Assembly (NCBI GenBank): GCA_020047755.1
Contig: JAIFNL010000003.1
Coordinates: 1 to 55,167 of the forward strand
Origin: Bacteroidota bacterium
GTDB lineage: Bacteria > Bacteroidota > Bacteroidia > Bacteroidales > JAIFNL01
DNA: 55,167 nucleotides
Direction of reading: 5' to 3'
The first letter of the stretch is position 1, and the number at the start of each line of letters is the position of its first letter. A program made the position numbers and the translations under genes. Positions 30,732 through 40,647 of the stretch are shown in pieces. Under the pieces are notes generated by a model. It was not told the DNA's origin and made no database searches. It worked only from the letters and a program-made list of their open reading frames with translations.

Positions 30732-31940
30732 TTATTCTTGGCAGTTTTTTTCAAAAGCTTCATTTGCTTTGGAAACGCCTAATTTGATTGCTGTTTTCAA
30801 GTAAAAGCAAGCATTTTCTATATTTTTTTCTTTTAGGCTCAATTGTGCTAGTTGAAAGTAAGCTTCGCCAATATTGGGGTTATAATCAAGCGCTTGCGTA
30901 AAATCTTTGAATGCAGAGTTGGTGTTGCTCGTTTTTGTATAGAGTAAACCGCGAGTTACAAGGTAATCTGGGTTGGTTGGTTCTTTTGCAATTAGCTGAT
31001 TTATAGTTATTAAAGCGTCCCAAGTTTCTCCAGAATTAATTTGGTATCTTGCTTTTGCATTTTTAAGCAATGAATTTTCCGAATTATATTTTAGACAATG
31101 ATTAATATCTTCAATTGCGGCAGTATAATTTTCCATTAAAGAGTATGTTTCTGCTCGCTTTATGTAATAATCGAAATTATATTTGTCTATTTTGAGCAAA
31201 ATTGTGTAATTATCTAATGCTATTTTGTATTTTTTAAGCTCTTTTGCTATTTCAGCCTGCAAAAAAAGATATTTCTCTTCGTTTTTTTTCAATTCAACGG
31301 CATTTTTTACATCTTTTGATGCGTTTTTATAATCTTCAAGCTTAAAAAATACGCTTGCTCGTAAATAATATGCTTCGTGCGAATCTGTATTTATCGAAAG
31401 GAAGGCATCTAAATTTTCTAATGCTTCTATATTTCTGTTATTTTTAAAATAATAATTTGCTTCCGCTAGTTCTATCTCTTTGGTTGAATACCAATCTTTT
31501 AGCCAAAGTTTTTCCCATTCTTTGTCATTTTTTAGATTATTGAAAGCAGTATCCATTTTTATGGTTGCTTCACTTTCTTTGTTTGAGTTTTGTAAGTGTA
31601 ATTTTAAAAATTCCAGAGATTTTTCTTTTTCGTTTAAAAGAGCATAACATTTTGATAAATAGATACTTGATAAGGAACTGTTTCTATTCAATAAAGTTTC
31701 AAAATCTCCAATGGCTTTTATATAATTTCCTGAATAATAGAATGCAAGCGCTTGTTTTTGAAGCACTTCATTGCTTTTTTGTTTATCGTTTATTTCTGAA
31801 AATAACATTGCGGCTTTGGCAAAATTATTATTTTTAAGCTCTATTTCTGCTGTAAATATTTTATCATCAATAGTTTGACTTATAGCAAACTTTGAAATGA
31901 GTAAAATGCTTATAATCAATATATTTTGTTTTGTTTTCAT
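30732..31940 (-). CDS. Exported tetratricopeptide-repeat protein
   Basis: Multiple TPR-like repeats and a C-terminal AC.....A..LG motif. Likely start ATG 31940. Confidence 0.85.
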   Translation of the reverse strand: MKTKQNILIISILLISKFAISQTIDDKIFTAEIELKNNNFAKAAMLFSEINDKQKSNEVLQKQALAFYYSGNYIKAIGDFETLLNRNSSLSSIYLSKCYALLNEKEKSLEFLKLHLQNSNKESEATIKMDTAFNNLKNDKEWEKLWLKDWYSTKEIELAEANYYFKNNRNIEALENLDAFLSINTDSHEAYYLRASVFFKLEDYKNASKDVKNAVELKKNEEKYLFLQAEIAKELKKYKIALDNYTILLKIDKYNFDYYIKRAETYSLMENYTAAIEDINHCLKYNSENSLLKNAKARYQINSGETWDALITINQLIAKEPTNPDYLVTRGLLYTKTSNTNSAFKDFTQALDYNPNIGEAYFQLAQLSLKEKNIENACFYLKTAIKLGVSKANEAFEKNCQE

Positions 31941-32059
31941 CTTAAAACCGTTTTGGAACAAATTACTTTCACTACTTTGAGATTGTTTTATCTTAAAATT
32001 TTTATTAGAAAATACTTGTCTTTTTAATTTTTACTGTATAAATTAATATGCTTTTATTC

Positions 32060-34711
32060 TTAAGGTTCTATAATTTGTTGTGAACTCCCATAGACATGAA
32101 TGAAGCCAGTTAGGGTTTTTACTTCTGTTCCGGAAAGGCGCTTTTCCCAAATATCGCAGATGTAATAATAAACTCCATCACTAACTTTATTTTTGGTTTT
32201 TAAATACGAACCGTCCCAATTTACTCGCTTATCGTCAGTTTTATAGACCAATTCACCCCATCTGTTGAATATTTGAATATCTAATTTTTCGACAGAGTAG
32301 AAAGATGTTGATTTAAAAATATCATTTTTCCCATCTCCATTGGGAGTAAAAACGTTTGGCAACGAAAAATCTGAACACATATCGATGCAAACTTTTTGAT
32401 TTCTACTACTTTCATTGCCCAAACTATCGATGGCTGTAACAATGTAGCAGCCTGAAAGTGTTTGATTTTCAATTAAATGAATAAAACTTGTATCGTTTGG
32501 CGCATGTGGCTTTTCTATTGTTTCTAGTAAAGTAGGCGCATCGGTTAAGGTGGAGCTGTAATAAATTTTATAGGCAACTAAATCTGTTGTACCACAAGTT
32601 TTTACAGGATTTGTCCATTTAAGAACATTATAGCCTTCATCGCAAATGCTTGTTAATGTGAGGATTGGTGGACAAGGCGGCGTCAAATCTTTGGGACTTG
32701 CGCAGGCTTTTTGGCTAAAATTGATGAGCGGTTTTGGATAGTTTCCTACCACGTATTGCCCTTCAGTTTTCACATAATAGCAATATTCTTGACCATTTGT
32801 GAGATTTGTGTCGGTGTAAGTACTTGTGTCAGTGGTTGCTATCGCTTCAAAAAGTAGCGTATTTTTATTTTGCCTATAAATTGTATATTTTTTATTAATC
32901 CATGGAACTCTCTCTTTTACAGATATTTTAATTCTCTGGTCGTCGGGTTCTAAAACCGTAAAGATAGACGCTCCTGACGATGATGCTCCAATAACTTTCC
33001 AAACTCCATCGCCATCTGGGTCATTAAAAACACCAACATTATAGTTGTATTGTTTCTGAAAAGTATTCAGGTTATTGTCGGTAAAAATAGTGTCGTTTAA
33101 TCCACCCAAAATATAATGCTCAGTTACACCTATTTCGCCTTCACCGCTCCAAAGTTCGTAGCGATAGGGCGGAGGCGTAATTGTGCTATCTATTTCTGTT
33201 GGTTTTGACCAAATGGCTCTGATTATTCCATTGTTAATGTCTGTTTCATCGACAGTTACGTTGGTTAGCACCGGAATTCCTTGTGCTAAGTCGGTGCAAG
33301 CCTCTTCTGATGCATAACTTTCTGCGCCATCTGTAAAATATGAGATAACTCTGTAACAGTATAAATATCCGTGAGTTAGCTTTTTGTCATCGTCTATATA
33401 ATTTGTGTCGTTGATGTTCGGAAGCGTTGCTATTAATTTGAAGTTGGTATAGGCTGGAACGCCAGTTTCACATTCACTTGGAGTCCAGCCCGACGATTCT
33501 TCGCGTCTATAAAGCTTATAACCAATGGCTTGGGTGCATTCTGCTTTATTCCAGCTTAGTGCAATTAAATTATTACTTGCTGCTGCCTGCAAATTTTCGG
33601 GTGCCGGTGCTACAACTGTAATTTTGATACTTCGATTGCTGGTCATTGGTAAATCACAGCCAATGCAGTTTGAGTAACATTCGTCGCAATTAAAATCAAC
33701 TTTGTCGCGCGCTTTAAAAATTATAGTGTACGGATTTTTAGCTACATGTAAGCAATTTGTTTGCCACGAAAACTCGGAACTTACATTTCCAATTCCTGTA
33801 GCTGGTTTGAATTGCGCTTTGGAGTTAGCGACCTCATAAACTCCACCATACGAATCTAGCGTAATTTCTTTTCCTTCAGCATCTTGTGCCGAAACGGTGA
33901 AAGAAATAGCATCGCCTGCTGTTACACACCAATCTTTTAAATCGTTGATTATAGGTGGTTTGTTGTTTGAATTGATTACGTCAATTTGCATATCGCGAAT
34001 AAGGCTACCAATTTTTACACCTTGTCGCCATTCCGATATTTCAATTGCCACATTATAAGCACCTTGATAAATTGGCGTATTCCAAATCAAATCTCCAGTT
34101 ATTGGGTTTATGTAAATAGGTTCAATGCTCGATTCTGGATACGTGTAATTTGTAATTGGCTTACCGTCAATGCCTAAGCAAGCCGTGAGCTTGTACGAAA
34201 GGCTATCGCCATCGGGGTCGTAAGCCGCTGGATTGTGGATAAACTTCTGACCCACAGCTGCCTTATCGTGTGGCGGATTTAACAGCAGAGGCGTATTGTT
34301 CTGTCCTAGTAGTGGATTTATTTGAAGTGTTGTTTTAATCGAAAATGCCACATTTATAGATAGTGGAATATTTATAACTCCCTCATTTCTATTGAAATCG
34401 AGCATAATAATAGAATAAGTTCCCGGACCTGGATAGGTATGCACTGCGGTGTACTTATTCCTTTGAATTGTGCTAGTTATGCGGTATATTTCCCAGCGAG
34501 CAACCGTATCTTGTGTATTGTCGCCCCACATAAAAGCCAATTCTGGACGGTCTGCTTGATTGTTTCCATAAGCAGTATAAGTTGTTACGGTAACCTCAAA
34601 TGTCAGTGGTCCAAGCTGTTTGTATGTTATTTCGCCAGCTCTATTATGCGTGGCAATTGCATTTCCAATAAAGAAAATTAGAAGCGCAAGTAAAAATATT
34701 GTTTTTTTCAT
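32060..34711 (-). CDS. T9SS type-B (gliding motility-associated, CHU_C) C-terminal domain protein with FN3/Ig-like repeats
   Basis: Signal peptide then ATHNRAGEITY, AYDPDGDSLSY, and C-terminal LPNVFTPNGDGKND...IFNRWG...WDG...GVYYY. Confidence 0.9.
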   Translation of the reverse strand: MKKTIFLLALLIFFIGNAIATHNRAGEITYKQLGPLTFEVTVTTYTAYGNNQADRPELAFMWGDNTQDTVARWEIYRITSTIQRNKYTAVHTYPGPGTYSIIMLDFNRNEGVINIPLSINVAFSIKTTLQINPLLGQNNTPLLLNPPHDKAAVGQKFIHNPAAYDPDGDSLSYKLTACLGIDGKPITNYTYPESSIEPIYINPITGDLIWNTPIYQGAYNVAIEISEWRQGVKIGSLIRDMQIDVINSNNKPPIINDLKDWCVTAGDAISFTVSAQDAEGKEITLDSYGGVYEVANSKAQFKPATGIGNVSSEFSWQTNCLHVAKNPYTIIFKARDKVDFNCDECYSNCIGCDLPMTSNRSIKITVVAPAPENLQAAASNNLIALSWNKAECTQAIGYKLYRREESSGWTPSECETGVPAYTNFKLIATLPNINDTNYIDDDKKLTHGYLYCYRVISYFTDGAESYASEEACTDLAQGIPVLTNVTVDETDINNGIIRAIWSKPTEIDSTITPPPYRYELWSGEGEIGVTEHYILGGLNDTIFTDNNLNTFQKQYNYNVGVFNDPDGDGVWKVIGASSSGASIFTVLEPDDQRIKISVKERVPWINKKYTIYRQNKNTLLFEAIATTDTSTYTDTNLTNGQEYCYYVKTEGQYVVGNYPKPLINFSQKACASPKDLTPPCPPILTLTSICDEGYNVLKWTNPVKTCGTTDLVAYKIYYSSTLTDAPTLLETIEKPHAPNDTSFIHLIENQTLSGCYIVTAIDSLGNESSRNQKVCIDMCSDFSLPNVFTPNGDGKNDIFKSTSFYSVEKLDIQIFNRWGELVYKTDDKRVNWDGSYLKTKNKVSDGVYYYICDIWEKRLSGTEVKTLTGFIHVYGSSQQIIEP

Positions 34712-34868
34712 TTTATTAAAATTATCGAGGCTTTATCTATATTTTGCCTTTTTTTTAAAATTTTAATGCTTAATATATTGTTAATTACTTGTAATATAAT
34801 TAATTAACAAATTTAATTCTATTTTTTCTGCTCAAATCTTAACTATAAAAAGAAATTAAAATTTGATG

Positions 34869-34876
34869 CAAATCTA
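34869..34876 (-). promoter_or_regulatory. Bacteroidota -7 promoter element
   Basis: TAGATTTG(CA) on the minus strand upstream of the T9SS substrate gene. Confidence 0.45.
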
Positions 34877-35017
34877 CACTTTTTTTGTATTTGAGAATAA
34901 ATTTTCATCAAAAATGATTTTACACTTTAGTTAAGTCTTTATTGAAACGAAATACTCGAAAATTAATTAATTTAGAACTAATTATTTTGCCAGAAAAAAT
35001 TAACTGAAAATTACTCA

Positions 35018-35530
35018 TTACTTTATTTTAAAACTATTCTCTTTTACCACATTATCAAGTTTAAAAGCTTCCTCAAAATTCTTGTATTTGAAGACCACCA
35101 AATTTGTTTGATCTTCATATAAATCAGTCATTACAGATGTTTTCAGTTTTACACTTTGAATTGAAGCTGGAGCTTTCATTTCAAATTTTATCCAAATTGC
35201 CTCTATATTCGAGTCTTTTTCCTTGAAAATAAGGTCATTAGAATATTTTTTCCCATTATTAAACACAATTCCAAAATGCTCTTTTACATATTTAGTGCTG
35301 TAAAAATCGTATTTGGGATTTTCGCTACTTTTCCCTGTATTTAGATTAATTCCGTATTTTTTTTGTATGATTGTTTCAAAATCATCTACAAAAATTTTAA
35401 AAAGAACATCAAAATTTTTGCTTTTTGAATTGTATTCTATGCTCACCAATGCAATATGCAGTGGATGTTTTTCTGCCGAAAATGTATTTAAACTTAAAAA
35501 AAATGCTAGAATTAAAAAGATTATTCGCAT
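35018..35530 (-). CDS. DUF6702-like exported protein
   Basis: Signal peptide followed by HPLHIALVSIEYN, F.DDFE and DQTNLV motifs. Confidence 0.75.
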   Translation of the reverse strand: MRIIFLILAFFLSLNTFSAEKHPLHIALVSIEYNSKSKNFDVLFKIFVDDFETIIQKKYGINLNTGKSSENPKYDFYSTKYVKEHFGIVFNNGKKYSNDLIFKEKDSNIEAIWIKFEMKAPASIQSVKLKTSVMTDLYEDQTNLVVFKYKNFEEAFKLDNVVKENSFKIK

Positions 35531-35644
35531 ATTTGCTTTAATTTTTGGGTTAATTTACTTCAAATATTTTTGTAAAATTACTGAAAAAAAATAGCATCTT
35601 TGCATTTTTACTCAAATTTAATTCTTATTTTATCTTAAAATTTT

Positions 35645-36241
35645 ATGCAATTATTTAATTTATATTTACAGCTTGGATTTGAGCATATTGCCGATTTTGC
35701 AGGCTACGACCACATTTTATTTATAATAACGTTGTGCGGCGTTTATTTATTTTCGCAATGGCGACAAGTTTTGATACTTATAACTGCCTTTACCATAGGG
35801 CATTCCATTACATTAGCTTTGGCAAGCTTGCAAGTTTTAACTTTTTCTACAAAATTAATTGAGTTTTTAATCCCTGTTACTATTTTTATTACGGCTTTGT
35901 CCAATATTTTGGCAAAACGCACAACCTACAGCGAAACTAATTATTATTTTCGATATTCCATGGCTCTTTTCTTTGGATTGATTCATGGGCTAGGTTTTTC
36001 AAATTACCTTCGTAGCTTATTAGGTTTGGAAATTAGCATTATAAAGCCACTTTTTGCTTTTAATTTGGGGCTTGAGCTTGGGCAAATTGCGATAGTTTTT
36101 ATCATTTTGAGCTTTGCTTATTTATTTGTAACTAAGCTTAAAACTTTGCAAAGAGAATGGAATTTAATTATTTCGGGAGCTGGTTTAGGCATTTCCTTAA
36201 TTATGAGTGTAGAGAGGTTTCATGTTTTAATAAATAATTAA
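35645..36241 (+). CDS. HupE/UreJ-family membrane protein
   Basis: LGFEHI, GYDHILF, TAFTIGHSITL, GLIHGLGF and FNLGLELGQ motifs. Confidence 0.9.
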   Translation: MQLFNLYLQLGFEHIADFAGYDHILFIITLCGVYLFSQWRQVLILITAFTIGHSITLALASLQVLTFSTKLIEFLIPVTIFITALSNILAKRTTYSETNYYFRYSMALFFGLIHGLGFSNYLRSLLGLEISIIKPLFAFNLGLELGQIAIVFIILSFAYLFVTKLKTLQREWNLIISGAGLGISLIMSVERFHVLINN

Positions 36242-36414
36242 ACAATTTGATGAAATTTGCACTACCTAATTTCCTTTATTTGCTTCTTATTAAAGATTTC
36301 AATGTTTGATAATACCGTTGGTAATCAATATATTAAAATTGGATTGCTGTATTATTTCTAATTTTTAAGTTATTTATATAAAATTTTATTTTTAAATTAA
36401 AAGAATAAAGAATT

Positions 36415-38118
36415 ATGACTAAATATATATTATTTTTACTAGTTTTTTTATATACTTCGTGCAATTTGACTCAAAAAAAAGCAGCGGAAGTAATTATCTC
36501 TATGGAAAACAGAGGATTAATTGCAGACTCTGGCATGGTAGTTAGTGCGCACCCCGAAGCGTCAAAAATAGGAGTAGCCATTTTACGCAAAGGTGGAAAT
36601 GCTGTAGATGCTTCTATTGCAGTTAGTTTTGCCTTGGCTGTATGTTATCCGTCGGCTGGAAATATTGGTGGTGGTGGTTTTGCAGTTGTTCGTATGAGTT
36701 CTGGCGAAATTTCTACTCTCGATTACCGCGAAAAAGCACCTAAGAGCGCATCAAGGGATATGTTTCTCGATTCTAAAGGCAATGTAATAAATGATTTAAG
36801 TGTTTATTCGTACAAAGCTTCTGGGGTTCCAGGTTCTGTCGATGGAATTATTACACTTTACGAAAAATACGGTTCTTTGCCTTTTTCTGAATTAATTCAA
36901 CCGGCAATAAATTTGGCTCTAAAAGGTTTTAAAATAACTAAAAATCAAGCAGAAGATTTCAATAGTTTGCAAATTGAATTTCAAAAATCGAATCCAGATG
37001 GTTGCGCTTTTTTAAAATCTAGTGCATGGCAAGAAGGCGATTTGTTAATTCAAGAAGATTTGGCAAAAACCCTAGAACGAATTCGTGATTTTGGGCGAGC
37101 TGGTTTTTATGAAGGCGAAACCGCAAAGATGATTGAAAATGAAATGCTTAGAAAAAACGGATTGATTTCAATTGATGATTTGAAAAAATATAAATCTCTT
37201 TGGCGCAAACCAATTCAAGGCAATTATAAAGGTTATAAAATAATATCAATGGCACCTCCTTCAAGCGGAGGAATTGCTTTACTTCAATTGTTAAATTCTG
37301 TTGAAAACCAAGATTTTGGCTCATTTCATTCCTCTCAGCATATTCACCTTTTTGCAGAAGCTGAGCGTCGAGTTTATGCCGATAGAGCTTCCTATTTGGG
37401 TGATAGTGATTTTTTTCCTGTTCCTATAAGCCAACTTATTGATAAAAAGTACAATACAGAAAGAATGAAGACTTTTAATTTAGATAAAGCTACTTCTTCA
37501 AAAGAAATAAAAGAAGGAGAAATTTCTATGCATGAAAGTGAGGAAACTACTCATTTTTCGATAGTTGACAAATGGAAAAATGCTGTTTCGATAACAACAA
37601 CATTGAATCTGAGTTATGGAAGCAGAATCGTAGTAAAAGGAGCGGGCTTTTTATTGAACAACGAGATGGACGATTTTAGCATAAAACCCGGATATCCAAA
37701 TGCTTATGGCTTAATAGGTGGTGAAGCAAATGCAATAGAACCTTATAAAAGAATGTTAAGTTCTATGACTCCAACGATTGTTTTGAAAAATGATAGCTTA
37801 TTTTTTGTTGTTGGCTCGCCTGGAGGTTCTACTATTATTACTTCTGTTTTTCAGGTAATTACAAACGTTACCGATTTTCAAATGACTGCTTTACAGGCTG
37901 TTGAAGCTTCGCGTTTCCATCATCAATGGCTACCCGATGAAATTTTTTACGAAAAAAACGGTTTGGATAGTTTGGTTATTATTGGTTTAACTAAAAAAGG
38001 GCATTTTTTGAAACAGCGTGCACCCATTGGGCGTGTAGAGGCTATTTTAGTGCTGCCTAATGGAAAACTGGAAGGTGCTGCTGACCCACGTGGCGATGAT
38101 AATGCGCAAGGTTTTTAA
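36415..38118 (+). CDS. ggt: Gamma-glutamyltransferase (lipoprotein)
   Basis: GGNAVDA, DYREKAP, ETTHFS autocleavage Thr, LNNEMDDF, SSMTP, GSPGG and DPRG motifs. Confidence 0.97.
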   Translation: MTKYILFLLVFLYTSCNLTQKKAAEVIISMENRGLIADSGMVVSAHPEASKIGVAILRKGGNAVDASIAVSFALAVCYPSAGNIGGGGFAVVRMSSGEISTLDYREKAPKSASRDMFLDSKGNVINDLSVYSYKASGVPGSVDGIITLYEKYGSLPFSELIQPAINLALKGFKITKNQAEDFNSLQIEFQKSNPDGCAFLKSSAWQEGDLLIQEDLAKTLERIRDFGRAGFYEGETAKMIENEMLRKNGLISIDDLKKYKSLWRKPIQGNYKGYKIISMAPPSSGGIALLQLLNSVENQDFGSFHSSQHIHLFAEAERRVYADRASYLGDSDFFPVPISQLIDKKYNTERMKTFNLDKATSSKEIKEGEISMHESEETTHFSIVDKWKNAVSITTTLNLSYGSRIVVKGAGFLLNNEMDDFSIKPGYPNAYGLIGGEANAIEPYKRMLSSMTPTIVLKNDSLFFVVGSPGGSTIITSVFQVITNVTDFQMTALQAVEASRFHHQWLPDEIFYEKNGLDSLVIIGLTKKGHFLKQRAPIGRVEAILVLPNGKLEGAADPRGDDNAQGF

Positions 38119-38125
38119 TATTTAA

Positions 38126-38170
38126 TTATTAGTTGTAAGTTGAAATCAAGTATAAATTTACAACTGATAA
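38126..38170. terminator. Hairpin between convergent ggt and metallophosphoesterase genes
   Basis: TTATTAGTTGTAAGTT / AATTTACAACTGATAA imperfect inverted repeat. Confidence 0.5.
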
Positions 38171-38182
38171 AATTTTACCAGA

Positions 38183-39412
38183 TTACTTTCGGCGAAGTTC
38201 TATAATTGTTATTTCGGGCAAAATGCCAACTCTTCCAGGGTATCCAATACAACCGAATCCTCTGTTTACGTACAAATATTTGCCGCTTTCTTCAAATAAC
38301 CCAGCCCAGTCTTTGTAGCGATATTTTACTGGGCTCCATCGGAAATTGCCTATTTCTATACCAAATTGCATTCCGTGCGTATGTCCGCTCAAGGTTAAAG
38401 CGACTTCTTTTTTATTTTTGAGCACTTTTTCGCGCCAATGTGTTGGGTCGTGTGAAAGTAAAACAGTAAAATCATTTGCGGTAAGATTTTTAAGTGCCTT
38501 ATCTAAATCGCCTTTTTGAGGAAACGGAGGAAGTCCCCAATTTTCAACGCCTACTAAATAGAGCGTGTCGTTGTTTTTTACCAACGGAAAATTTGCATTA
38601 TTTAGCCATTTTAGCCCCATTTCGATGCCTATTTGGTTCAAATCCTCTAAATTTTTTTGCCTTTCTGCTTCTGAATTCCATCGAACATAACTTCCATAAT
38701 CGTGGTTACCCCACACTATAAATTTGCCAAATGGTGCATTCAGTTTTTGTATTAAACTGACAAATCGCTTGGCTTCAATTGCCTTATTATTTACCATATC
38801 ACCTGTAAAAAGAATTACATCAGGTTTTTGAGCTTGCAGCAAGTCGAATCCCTTTTTTACTTTCTCTACATTATCGAAGGTACCAAGATGTAAATCAGAT
38901 AGTTGTGCTATTTTGAATCCATCAAATTCTTTCGGCAAATTTTCAAATTCGAGTGTTTTTTTGTGAACCTGAAAATTGTATTTTCCAAAACTAACCCCGT
39001 AATTTAAAATTAAAAATAAAACAGAAGCTATTGATAAAGATATAAAACTCAAGATGTATGAACGTGAAATTAATTCGGCACTTCTAAAATTGGCAACTGT
39101 TTGAAATAGCCACAAAAACGAGCGGAATAAATCTTCCACTAAATAATTTGCACTCAGAATTAATTTTGCTATGGTAAATGAGAAGGCTATGCCGAAAAAT
39201 ATTGATGTACTGCTACTTACAGTTACAAATCCATTTGCGCCTGCTTTTAGAAATAAGAAAATGCCCAAAATAGTAAGCAGACTGGTTACCAAATAAATGA
39301 GGCTGTAAATTTTGACATGTGATGCAAAAAGCGCACTTCTTAACCCGAAATACGAGTAAATATCAATAGCTAAAAGCAGTATAGTTAGTATAATTACTGG
39401 TAACATTTTCAT
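38183..39412 (-). CDS. Membrane-anchored calcineurin-like metallophosphoesterase (YkuE/YaeI-like)
   Basis: N-terminal TMs; SDLH, TGDMVN, GNHD, LSHDP and SGHTHG motifs. Confidence 0.92.
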   Translation of the reverse strand: MKMLPVIILTILLLAIDIYSYFGLRSALFASHVKIYSLIYLVTSLLTILGIFLFLKAGANGFVTVSSSTSIFFGIAFSFTIAKLILSANYLVEDLFRSFLWLFQTVANFRSAELISRSYILSFISLSIASVLFLILNYGVSFGKYNFQVHKKTLEFENLPKEFDGFKIAQLSDLHLGTFDNVEKVKKGFDLLQAQKPDVILFTGDMVNNKAIEAKRFVSLIQKLNAPFGKFIVWGNHDYGSYVRWNSEAERQKNLEDLNQIGIEMGLKWLNNANFPLVKNNDTLYLVGVENWGLPPFPQKGDLDKALKNLTANDFTVLLSHDPTHWREKVLKNKKEVALTLSGHTHGMQFGIEIGNFRWSPVKYRYKDWAGLFEESGKYLYVNRGFGCIGYPGRVGILPEITIIELRRK

Positions 39413-39567
39413 TGTTTTTAAGAATGATTTGAAAAATAATTAAATAATATCGTTTTGGCAAAGAAAATTAAAACAAATTGTAATTCCAATTATTAATCTG
39501 ATTCTTTTCTTTTTTTATGATTATTTAACTAATCTACAATAAACATATAAAAAATTAGAATTTGAAA

Positions 39568-40647
39568 TTAATTTGTAATTACTGCATTTACTGGGCAAAT
39601 TTGTTTACAAGCATCGCATTTTACACATTTCTCATTATCAACTACATGCAACTCATAAGGTTTGTGTAAAATAGCCTGAGTTGGGCAAACTTGTGCACAT
39701 TTTGTGCAGCCAATACACTCATTAGTAATGAAATACTGGACTAAATTGACACATTTTCCGGTTTTACACTTTCCGTTGATGTGCTCAATATATTCATCTT
39801 TAAAATATTTTAAGGTTGATAATACCGGATTAGGCGCTGATTTTCCTAAGCCGCAAAGACTACCTTTTATTGTGCTTTTTGCTAGATTTTCAAGCATTTC
39901 CAAGTCTTGCAGTTTGCCTTTTCCCGAAGTGATTCTATTTAAAATTTCGAGCATTTGAGTAGTCCCAATTCTGCAAAAAGTACATTTCCCGCACGACTCA
40001 TTTTGTGTGAACGACAGAAAATATTTTGCAATGTCCACCATGCAATCGTCTTCGTCCAAAACAATTAAACCGCCAGAGCCCATCATAGCACCAACTTTGC
40101 TAAGAGATTGGTAATCAACTGAAATATCGGACATTTCGGCAGGAATGCAGCCCCCCGAAGGACCACCAATTTGAACAGCTTTAAATGCTTTGTTGTTAGC
40201 AATTCCGCCGCCTATTTTTTCAACTATCTGCCTGATAGTTATGCCCATAGGGACTTCAATTAAGCCTCCCCGTTTTATTTTTCCGGCTAAAGCAAAAACT
40301 TTGGTACCTTTGCTATTTTCTGAGCCAATGCGAGCAAAAGCGGCTGCTCCTCGTTTTATAATCCAAGGCACTAATGCCAACGTTTCGGTATTATTTATTA
40401 AAGTTGGTTTTTCCCACAAACCTTGCTCGGCAGGGTAGGGTGGTCGCATACTCGGATAGCCTCTTTTGCCTTCTTCAAAAAGTTCAATTTCTAGCGAAAA
40501 TTTGCTTCCCAAAATAGTTGTACCTACTAAATTAGCTTCTTTACAAAGAGCAAGCGCATTTTTAATTCGCTCAACAGCAAGAGGATACTCAGCTCTAATA
40601 TAAAAAAGACCTTTGGTTGCACCAACTGCAAAAGCTGCAATCAACAT
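39568..40647 (-). CDS. C-terminal part of NuoF/HydB-like flavoprotein (SLBB, 4Fe-4S, 2x[4Fe-4S]); downstream fragment of a frameshifted gene
   Basis: YIRAEYP, RPPYPA, INNTET, GGPSGGC, ESCGKCTFCRIG, SLCGLG, CIGCTKCAQVCP and CVKCDACKQICP. The GAGAxxCGEETAL FMN loop is absent. Confidence 0.88.
   Translation of the reverse strand: MLIAAFAVGATKGLFYIRAEYPLAVERIKNALALCKEANLVGTTILGSKFSLEIELFEEGKRGYPSMRPPYPAEQGLWEKPTLINNTETLALVPWIIKRGAAAFARIGSENSKGTKVFALAGKIKRGGLIEVPMGITIRQIVEKIGGGIANNKAFKAVQIGGPSGGCIPAEMSDISVDYQSLSKVGAMMGSGGLIVLDEDDCMVDIAKYFLSFTQNESCGKCTFCRIGTTQMLEILNRITSGKGKLQDLEMLENLAKSTIKGSLCGLGKSAPNPVLSTLKYFKDEYIEHINGKCKTGKCVNLVQYFITNECIGCTKCAQVCPTQAILHKPYELHVVDNEKCVKCDACKQICPVNAVITN

Noticed and set aside
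36250-36309. Short ORF (MKFALPNFLYLLLIKDFNV) after HupE/UreJ as remnant of a lost gene
   Set aside because: It is only 19 codons with no recognisable motif, so it cannot be supported.
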